From Eledone cirrhosa (taxonomy: Eukaryota): 64,000 bases of DNA. The stretch covers positions 39,060,001-39,124,000 of the forward strand of contig OZ024754.1 in assembly GCA_964016885.1 (NCBI GenBank). The letters are read 5' to 3'. The notes below the pieces were generated by a model. It was not told the DNA's origin. It was given only the letters and a program-made list of their open reading frames with translations, and ran no database searches. The translations under genes were made by a program, and so were the position numbers. Below are positions 54,196 through 64,000 of this stretch, one piece after another. How positions within the stretch are numbered: position 1 is the stretch's first letter; every line of letters starts with the position of its first letter.

Positions 54196-55200
54196 TCTTT
54201 GGTTTGTTTTTATCCTTCTATGTTGTTCACTTGTCCCCCTCGCTTTACGCGATTACTGGTCCCAATAACTTTTTTTAGATTATTGCTCGCACCAACCTGA
54301 GGTATCTGATTTTTAATGCGACCTGGACTACAACGGCAAATCCAGGAAATCCAGTCATTTCTGACGTGTATAAGTTGCTTTATAAGTGTTATTTGTTTTT
54401 ACTTGTTTGCTTTTGATAAGCTTGTCTAATAAAATAAATATATACTCTGTTGATTTAATTATATGAACTGATAAATTTTTTTAAAATGTGTTTTTTCTTG
54501 AAAAGTATGAAAATTTCGAAATATCAAACTCTTTACTACAAACCCAAACTTCTGATTAAATAATAGTGTTTTTTTAAATAATAATGGGATATAACAAACC
54601 ATGAAATGATACTTAGAACTGGGGAACAAAAAATATGTTACACGGTGTAATCGAATGGAAAGAAGTGCACCTGAATGACTAATTTAAAAGCGTGTATCCC
54701 AATATCCCAGTGGCCCATTTCAATCTTTCTTTCAAATTAGGCTAACACACTTGGACTCACACACACACACACATATACTCGCACGCATATTTTTCCCTTT
54801 TTATTATATACATATTTGCACACGCCTTACACTACATAACCTTACATTCATACACCCACAAACATCCCACTAAACACACTTACATTCATGCGCACAGATG
54901 CATATATCATACACTTTTCCCCATACATTTCACAACGTGCATGCTCAAAATTTTAATGTTTTCATTTCATTTAACTTAAATCTGCCTTCGAAACAAGTCA
55001 ACTCTGATCGATCCTTTAAATCTCTCACAGGGATAGTCCCTTGACAATGGGTTTTTAAACCCCAAAATATTTGGGATTATCAAATTTGCTAAGGTAAGAT
55101 TCTATTGTTATCTTGGCACTTTTGATTTTCTAGTGCATTGTATGGTTTTCAAAATTTGTGTTTCCTATTCAACAATGCGTCAAGCAAACTACAACACTGT

Positions 55201-55232
<32 letters not shown>

Positions 55233-56367
55233 TTTAGGTTTGAGCTGGATAGAGCTGGTCAATTCCGTATAGTCAATCTTGATGTAATAATATAGAGAGT
55301 ATTCAATGTAAAGCAGTTCAACCGTCTTCGTTTTTGTAGTTGGTGGTGCGAGTACGGAGTTAAATATTATATTTCGAATACCTGATATCACCGGATTCAT
55401 ACGGAACCCGGTCATTGAAATGATCATAGTATAATAAACCTTTCAAGGATTTACACAAGTCCAGCCTCCTGTTATTTTATTATAATATTATATATATATA
55501 CTTAACTTCTTTTTCTTTTTTCTTTTCAATGGACACACTAGAAGAGGAAGACCAAGGTTAACGTATGTTGATGTCCTAAGGACAGACACTGGTCTGTTGG
55601 AGACGCACGACATGGCAGCGATAATGAGGGACAGAGACTGCTGGAGAGAACTCGTCCATGGATCTCGGGAATTTTACCCACCTTAGATAGATAGATACTT
55701 AACTTCTGCTGGACACCACCAGAGGGCAATAGCCCCTGGTGTTTTTTGCATAGCTACGGCTTTCTAAATGTTTATCTATAAACATACTGTGTTTCTTCAG
55801 AAATACGAAATTCTAATACATATCTGTATACAGCTATGTCTGAAGCTAAATAGTTGACTATAGTATATTATTTTAGACAAAATGTTATATTGTTTCAATC
55901 TTAATGAAATTTAAAATTACATGTTGTTAACCCGGGCTCTAACACCTTGTAAACTTTGATCGACAGTGAAACATGTAATTAAATATGTTTATGATGCAAC
56001 ACCGATTCTTTGTTCCCTATATATATATATATATATGAGTGTGTGTGCATGTGTATAAGCGTGTGTGTCTGTATGAGTGTGTGTGCTACACGGGGCATAA
56101 CGTATTGATTTGATTGGCAGTTTCAATAAAACATGTTAGGCAAAAGCAGTGAAGAAAACCAAAAGAGTGAAAGGCAGATATATATATATATGGAGAGAGA
56201 GATTGATTGATAGATTCAGAGAGGGAGAGCTAGTTGACTGATCAACCTTGCTACTTGCAGTAAACCAGTTTGCAAGTAGAGACATGCATTTAGATCTGTA
56301 TGGTGTGTATATGTGAGTGTACATATGTGTGTGTGTGTGTGTGTGTTGATCAAACCAGGATTTTACA

Positions 56368-56399
<32 letters not shown>

Positions 56400-56458
56400 A
56401 ATGAAAGGTATAGAAAATATTGTAGCAAAAAGCCAATATATATATATATATATATATA

Positions 56459-56875
56459 CCAAGTGAAATCAGGGGTAACCAGTTAAGAAAGGTACTCAAT
56501 ACATTAGTAGAGTGGCAAACTTCGTTATCATTATTTAATATAGAAAGGGTGGTGGATTGGCAGTATTGGTAGAGGGTCGGAGGCCCTGCTTTGACGTATA
56601 GAGTTACGGCCCATTGCCCCATTACCATTCTGAGTTCAAATCTCGCCGAGGTTAACTTTGCCTTTCATCCTTACGGGGTCGATAAAATAAAGTACCAGTA
56701 ATGTACTGTGTAATTACTGGCCTTGTGCCAAAAGTAGAAACAATTATTTAATATAGAAATTACTTCTACTGGACTAGAACTGTTTCGTTCATTTAAAACC
56801 ATAAGAAATGCCTGATCCTGATGATTTCATATGATTGAAACAATTCTAGTCCTGTAGAAGTCATTTCTATATTAA
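56459..56875. mobile_element. Penelope-like terminal fragment with inverted arms (7803 family), disrupted by SINEs
   Basis: gtactcaatacatt motif. Arms 56744-56786 and 56837-56879. CTGATGA...GAAAC at 56818-56841. Confidence 0.55.
56547..56746 (+). mobile_element. SINE family A with TSD ttatttaatatagaaa
   Basis: TSD at 56531-56546 and 56744-56759. Confidence 0.9.
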
Positions 56876-57065
56876 ATAATTGTTTCTACATTTGGCACAA
56901 GGCCAGCAATTACCCAGTGCATTACTGGTACTTTATTTTATCGACCCCCGTAAGGATGAAAGGCAAAGTCAACCTCGGCGGGATTTGCACTCAGAATGGC
57001 AATGGCCGTAACTCTATGTGTCAAAGCATGGTGTCCGACCCTCTACCAATACTGCCATCCCAATC
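56876..57065 (-). mobile_element. SINE family A, inverted
   Basis: Reverse complement of the consensus. Its tail abuts the same ttatttaatatagaaa motif on the opposite arm. Confidence 0.88.
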
Positions 57066-57375
57066 CCCCACCCCCATCGACACCACCCCTTTCTTTGTAA
57101 AGTTATGTTGGTACCACAACATCCAGTCCTAAATAAATGAGGTTGTGTAGGTGTCACGACAAAAAAAACACAGTCCATGCTGTAATGTGGCCATGTAGGT
57201 AACATGGTAATAACCTCCCAGTCCACACTGTAAACGTGGTTGGTGTTAGGAAGGGCATCTAGCCATAGAAAACCTGCCAGACAGTCACGTACGAGCGAGA
57301 CGACCAATCTTGCCTCAAGTGGGATAATTCCCATCTAAACCCATGCTAGCGTGGAAGATAAACGTTTGATAATGA
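57066..57375 (+). mobile_element. RTE 3'-UTR-only copy
   Basis: Matches 1425-1745. Confidence 0.85.
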
Positions 57376-57869
57376 TATATATATATATATATATTGGAAA
57401 ATGTGTGAGATCCTTGGTACAGTTAGGTATATTTGAAAAAAAGGAAAAGAATGACTTCACTTGTAGTGTTAAAAAATTTGATTTAATATAATATAATATT
57501 ATGAGTTGGTAGATCTACCAACTCAAAATTTTATTTGATTTGGTCGAGCCATTTGAGAATGCATAAGGAAAAGACAGACAGACATACAGACAAAGAATTT
57601 TATATAGAGAGAGATGTATTGCTTATTTCAAGATTCACTTCTGTTAAAAGTTTCAAATTTCAACTTCTGTTATATCGCGTTGATATCATAACATTTTGCT
57701 GTAAAGTCAGGTTTGTTAGTATACCTGGGATGTTGTATATAAAATAATGAAAATTATTGTGCACAGTACTTTGCTGCATTACCACTGTTGTTCTTTGATT
57801 TTATAAAATATTCTATCTGATGTTCTAATGACTCTGCCAATTGGACACCCTTTGAAGAAATAGAGATAA

Positions 57870-60800
57870 TATATAAATAATGTTGAAATAAAACAGTCTA
57901 AATCTAAAATACATGCCTACCTGAAAAGTCATTCTTACCAGCTAAAAAACCACAATGTTTCAAATGTGGAAAAAACACACATTTAAAAACATTTTGCCCA
58001 ATGCTACATGCGGAAAAACAAAAGAAGGCATTGCTGCCAACCCCAAAACCACAACAGACACACCTGAAAACAAAAAACACAACCTGCAAACCATCAACAT
58101 TCACCCAACCATCACAAACCACAAAAGACACCACACCAAAAATTCCCCTGAAGGACTCTGTTGTCCCACCCCTTCCCCCTCTGCCTAACACTCCCACAAA
58201 CACCCCACCACCACACAACATACCCCTCCCACCTACCCACAATGATAACACCTCTGAGACGGGAACCTCTACATCTCCAAGTGAGGATGAAGAGGAACCC
58301 CAAAAATCCAAGAAGCAAAAAAGACAGAAAAAATACAAAAACAAAAACAGAAACAGAAAACACGCACACACTTAACACTGACATAAACATACCACTACAA
58401 ACGACAACCACACCAACAACACAACCAAACACTTCACCAACAAAACAAACACCCACACCACTACAATCACAAACCCCAACCACAAAATGAAAACTACAAA
58501 CAAACAGTACACATAAAAAACAAAACACATTACACATACATAAAAACAAGAAACAAAGAATTGGTGGAAACTGTCCAAAAGGACCCCACAATCCAAACGG
58601 AAGGGAAAACCTTCCCCAACAACGCCAAACCTTAAACTAATCAGGGTAACAACCCTACAGCACGAAACATTAAAAGTGAACTTCCCACATGATGTGGGCC
58701 CCCCTTGCCAAAAACCCCTTGACTGCGTCCTGCTAAAAGGATTCCCTCCCTCCTCAAACACCCCCAATCTGCTAAAAGGTAAGTGTTCCTACCTTTTCTC
58801 CCTAACTCTTTTTCACCAACATGGCGACTATACAAGTTGGATGTTTGAATGTACGTGGCCTGGGCATGCCTTGGAAACAGGGCCAGTTTTTAAATGATCT
58901 CAGGTCACGCTGTAAAGATGTGATAGCCATCACTGAGTCCAGGATTCACAACAAGCAGCAGCTAACCCCCGTGTTCGATGATTTTGAGATCTACGCATCT
59001 CTCTGTAGCCAGGAGGTGGAGGGGGAGTTGCTGTTCTGTTTCGAAAAAACCTGGATCTCAAAGTACAGATGATTCACTTGGACCCGGAGGGCAGCCTGGT
59101 GGTCCTGGACGTGAATGGTAGTGAAGGTGGAGCTTTCAGACTGGGGCCGTATATGCCATGACTGGGACATCGCGACCAGAGTTCTTCAAGCATCTGGAGC
59201 TATTCCTGGGAATTTCTCGCTCCTTAGTGTTAGCGGGGGACTGGAATGGCATCTTAGACACACATTGGGACTACGTAGGAGCTTGTGATAATAGAGTAGG
59301 GTGTAATTGCCTTAAAAATCTCACCAGCCAATTCCAACTGGCTGATAGATATCGACTAGACTTCCCAAGTGCACCACTGTGGACGTGGAGCAACTGCACT
59401 GGGTCTTCTAGATCGTATTTAGATAGATTTTTAATTAGACAGAATGATAAGGAAACATTAAGCTGTTCACAAATGCACATGATTGCCTATTCAGACCACA
59501 AATTAGTCACCTGCATAAGCAACCTTGATAGAACACATAGACAGGGAACCGGATACTGAAAGCTAAACATGTCACTCCCGGCGCGTAAGGCCTACAGTGA
59601 ACAGATTAACACCTTAGTTAAGAGCTAGTTGACGGGGGCCATCGTCAACACAAGTAGTGGAGCTCTCTCAAGAGAACAATTAGAATAGAATCGATAGCAT
59701 TTAGCAAGGAAGTAGCTTTAGAAAAAAACAAAACTGAAAAGAAACTGGTAGAGGCACTTAGAAATGGCAGTACAGCTGACGTGCTAATGGCGAGAATGGC
59801 ACTAGACCAGTTCTTCAACGTGAAACACGAAGGTTGTATTGTCAGAAATAGAACACGTGCTCTAAGAAACGAGGGAGCCAAGGCTGTTAGCTGGGCCCAA
59901 GTGGCAACAAATCCACAATTTGGTTTTTGAAAGACAAAGATGGACGCATTCTACTTGAATCCAAGCAGATGTGCACGGCCTTCCAGCAACACTTTGCACA
60001 ACTGTTCGGGCAAAGCAATACGTTGAGTGAGGTGGACTTCAGTTCCTACCACGACTCTCGAGCAAGGATGCAGAGAGCTGCAAAAGGCCAATCACAGCAG
60101 GTGAAATAGAAGATGCCCTAGGTTGCTGTGGGAAATGCAAATCACCCAGTTTAGATGGTCTACCCTATGAGTTTTACATAGGCATGCCAGACTTGTTCTC
60201 TGGCATCCTCAAAACGGCCTACTGCAATTAGCAGCAGAACGGGAGGATTCCCAGTTCTGTAGGCAGAGGCGTAGTAATGCTGATCAGGAAAGATGAGAAC
60301 AAGGGGAATGAGATAAGCAATTTCAGGTTCATAACTCTGCTCAACATAGAATTAAATATTTTGGCCAAGGTGTTAGCAACAAGGCTGGCACTTGTCGAGA
60401 ACCTGGTAGGGGAAGCACAAACATGTGCAATCCCGACCAGGTCCATACACGACAAGCTCCACCTCATGCGATACATCATAGAGAAGGTAGTGTGTAAACC
60501 TGGCTTCGTAGGGGCTCTGATCAATTTAGATCAGTTTAAGGCATTTGTTAGGGTCGACCATCAATACTTGGAAGTGGTTCTCAAGGCGGCCAGCTTCAGT
60601 CCCATCTTCAGAGGCTGGATCGCTGCCATATACACCAGCATCTGCTCGGCAGTCAAGGTGAATGGCTACCTATCGGAGCCATTCCAAATCATTTCATCCG
60701 TTAGGGATGCCCTCTCCTCCAATCTGTATGTACTGATTCTTGAGTCATTACTGCGGAAGGTGGAGCTGTTGCAGGGCATCCTAATTGAACCAGGACTGCG

Positions 60801-62410
60801 AAAAGCAGCGTCGGCCTATGCCAACAACGTAACCGTAATGGTGTTGAAAACCTTGGAAATCGGGATAATCCGCAACCTATTACAGGAATATGAAATGTTG
60901 ACAGGAGCAAGACTAAACCCAAACAAGTCTGTTGGTTTGCAACTCAGCAAATGGAGAGGCAAACCCATACCTTCTGACAGTGCCGTTGGACGGAAGGACC
61001 GGTGAAATTGATCGGGGTCTGGTTTGGTCCAGACCTCCAGGTGGACAAGAACTGGAATGAGGTCACGGCGAAGGTGTTTGCACTCACCCAGAAGTGGGCT
61101 GAGTGAAAACTCTCCTTGAAAGGTCGAGCGGAGGTGGCGAACACTTACATAGCGTCCGTTATCTACTACCGCTTGACAGTCGTGCCTTGCCCCCGCAAAC
61201 ACCTCACCAAAATGGAACGCCTACTCTTCAAGTTCCTCTGGAAGAAACAGGCTCCATTGGTGAGGAGATCCATCTGCTGTCAACACCCTTCTAACGGAGG
61301 GCAGGGCATGCCGTGGCTGATGATGCGCAAACATGCGCTGAGGCTACGCCACCTCCAGATATTTCTGACCGGTGAACTGGTATGGCTGTCGTTTGTGAGA
61401 CAAGCTCTTCCACAACTCATCTCACTAACAGAGCTGCAGTCCTGGGTCAAGCGAAGACCGAAAATGGGCGCCTGGCTTCTCGAGTGCTTTCAGGCACTCA
61501 CAGTGGTCTACCAAGCAGAAACGGCAATCAACGGAGACTCCACTTCGACAGTCTATAGAGGATTAGTGGAGGATAAGTGCGACGACGTTCTCGGGGAAAC
61601 TCTAGGCGTCGAGGAGGGCCTATGGATAACTTCCAGAGGTCTCTGGCCTGGCAGTGCTACCGAGGAGCTCTACCAGTTCAAGACAAAATCTACAGGCACA
61701 GACGCCCTGGCAGAGATCCTGCCAAAAGGACCTGTCCAAGATGTGAATAGGACATCGAAGCCGTTCTGCACGCAATTGTTCAGTACCCAGGAGTGACCAA
61801 CCTGTGGAATTATGTCGAACAGCTACTGTCACGTGTAGGATGCATCCAGTTGTCAGCCGAGTCCATCATGTGGTTCACCCACCGTCTTCATTTAAGAATG
61901 AAGGAGAGGCAGTTTTCCTCTGTCTGGTGGCTATGGCGAAAGAGGTAATATGGTGGACGAGGTTAAAAGGACTGGAGGGCAAACACCTTTCTCTCCGGAC
62001 AAAAACTCATCCACTTCTTTAAGTACCACTTCAGAAGGAAGGTGAGAGTGGAGAGAGAGGTGCTACACCCCAGTAAATTCGCTGAAAGGTGGGTGAATGT
62101 GGCGAAAATGGCCCGAGTGAATGGGCCTTCTCTGTAAATAAACCTGTAGGTTGAGGAAGATAAACAGAGGGAAGACGAGAACACCTACAAAACGTGTTCC
62201 TGGTGTTGAGGGGTGTTCTATCCATGGGGTGTAAAACAACCCCACATTAATGTCCCCCCCCCACCCCCACCCACCCTAATGGGGATTTCGATTGTTTTAT
62301 TTTATATATAGTTTATTATCATTCATTATTGTTAGAGATTTTATGTAAAACCCCTACCGTCATGTCTTGTAATGTTTCATTTTTGTACGCCCCTGTGGCA
62401 AATAAAGAAA
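57870..62410 (+). mobile_element. L1/Tx1-clade LINE, decayed: ORF1 C-terminus + full-span ORF2
   Basis: ORF1 zinc knuckle CFKCGKNTHLKTFC at ~57955. ORF2 from ATG 58821: CLNVRGL, AITES, LAGDWN, YLDRF, SDHKLV (APE), then RT (FRFITLLN..NILAKVLATRL, LDQFKAFVRVDH, AYANNV). Many stops and frameshifts. AATAAA at 62401. Confidence 0.92.
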
Positions 62411-62659
62411 GATATCTTACAAGATGAGTTGCAATATTACAGCTTTACTGATGAGATAACAAGGAGGGAGGAATGAAGGAAGATAATTTCCTTTAAAAAA
62501 AAAAGAATCTTGGAGGTAATTGTTGAAGTTATATGTATATCATCATCATCGTTTTAATGTCCATGTTCCATGCTAGCATATATACATATATATATTAATA
62601 TACAAATACATATATATATTAATATATATATACATATATATATTAATATACAAATACAT

Positions 62660-62912
62660 ACAAAAAAAAACAAAAAAAAAACACACAGCCCACGCTGTAA
62701 TGTGGCCGTGTAGGCAACACGGTAAAAACCTCCCAGACCCACACTGTAAATGTGGTTGGTGTTAGGAAGGGCATCCAACTGTAGAAAACCTGCCAGACAG
62801 TCTTATGCGAGCAAGACAATCACTCTTGCCTCAAGTAGGAAAACCCCCGTCCAAACCCATGCAAGCGGGGAACACGGACGTTAAACGTTGATGATGATGA
62901 TGATGATGATGA
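62660..62912 (+). mobile_element. RTE 3'-UTR-only copy
   Basis: Matches 1520-1755 and ends in (GAT)n. Confidence 0.88.
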
Positions 62913-62939
62913 TATATATGAATATATATGTATGTATGT

Positions 62940-63304
62940 ATGAAGGAAAACTCTGATATAACACCTGCAACTCTGATGGTATCCAATGATGTTGACTTGT
63001 TCTTCTTTTTGGTAAATATCATCTTGGTTAAGAGAGTGGGACTGGCTTTGTGCAGTACCTTTGCTCACTATAAAAGCTTCACGGCACAGGCATTGCTTTA
63101 TATCTGGAGATCTATCTGCACTTGTTGTCACATGATACCATAGGCCCAGCACTATGTGACAATAATTGTCACAAGTGTAGTGTTTGTACCAGAGTTTTCA
63201 AGTCGCTGGCTGGACTAAAATGGCACACTCGTTCAGCGCATCGGTAGGGGTTCTCCTACATGGATATAAAGTAGTGGCTGTACTCGAAAACGAGTTGGCA
63301 GCCA

Positions 63305-63310
<6 letters not shown>
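62940..63310 (+). mobile_element. Short RTE derivative: 5'-UTR-like part joined to a C2H2-finger 3' end
   Basis: gaaggaaaactctgatataa...agagagtgggac resembles 28080-28215. Then HKCSVCTRVFKSLAGLKWHTRSAHR* and tail tactcgaaaacgagttggcagccaccat (cf. 28413-28448). Confidence 0.55.
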
Positions 63311-63377
<67 letters not shown>

Positions 63378-63692
63378 AGAGAGAGGCAAAGTAAGAGAGA
63401 GGCTGGCATGCTTCCAACTTAGAAGGAATCCCCCTATTTTGCATGTGTTATATGATTTAGTATGGTTGTTGATGTTGTTGGTTCTGGTGGAGGTGTCGGT
63501 GTTGTTGGATGGGGTGGTGGTGCTGTTGTTTGAATTGTTGTTGTTGTCGGTGCTGGTGCTAGTGGCAGCATTGATATAGGATGTAGGAATTATCCAATTC
63601 AGTTGTGAGTGATATAACATGGGTTTGAGATAAATACACATAGTAGGGTATCACAGTTAAAAGCCAGGTTATATATATATATATATATATAC

Positions 63693-63723
<31 letters not shown>

Positions 63724-63816
63724 TGTATGTATGTATGTATGTATGTATGATATATATGTATGTATATATAAGTATGTATGCATATATATGTATGTATATA
63801 TAAGTATGTATGTATG

Positions 63817-63877
<61 letters not shown>

Positions 63878-63947
63878 ATATGTATGAATATATGTATATA
63901 TATGTATGTTTGTATATATGTATATATATATATGTATGTTTGTATAT

Positions 63948-64000
63948 ATAATAATAATAATGAAATTATTGTGTAAAGTGCTCAGGTGCACTACAACTCG
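63948..64000 (-). mobile_element. 3' end of a CR1 copy, continuing beyond the window
   Basis: Reverse complement of the 44275-44325 tail (tgtagtgcacctgagcact.tacacaat.atttcattatt). Confidence 0.75.

Overview
AT-rich, microsatellite-saturated animal genomic DNA. The SINE and LINE repertoire suggests an octopod cephalopod (inference). Most ORFs in the supplied track are microsatellite artefacts. There are two credible host coding segments: a 495-codon acidic, Pro/Ser-rich first coding exon on the minus strand (21704->20219, reticulon-N-terminus-like architecture, unconfirmed) and a 265-aa plus-strand ORF (49585-50382) that looks like tandem death-fold domains. The rest is transposon-derived: RTE LINEs with a PHD-like finger inside ORF2, a Tx1/L1 LINE, a CR1 fragment, a CRE-like fragment, a Gypsy LTR element, a Helitron helicase pseudogene and non-autonomous Helitron, piggyBac-like and pogo-like MITEs, tRNA-derived SINEs and a Penelope GIY-YIG fragment. 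The most striking signal is a set of at least five sequence-unrelated short elements embedded in (TA)n tracts. Each carries a minimal hammerhead-ribozyme motif (CUGANGA...GAAA-palindrome-UH), whole or in part, often with an unusually long helix II. Most are duplicated as a fold-back palindrome whose axis sits at or next to the ribozyme, and most share a GAGT(A/G/T)(C/T) motif about 35-55 nt from the end that abuts (TA)n. These look like Penelope pLTR-derived, retrozyme-like elements. All structural calls were made by eye and boundaries are approximate.
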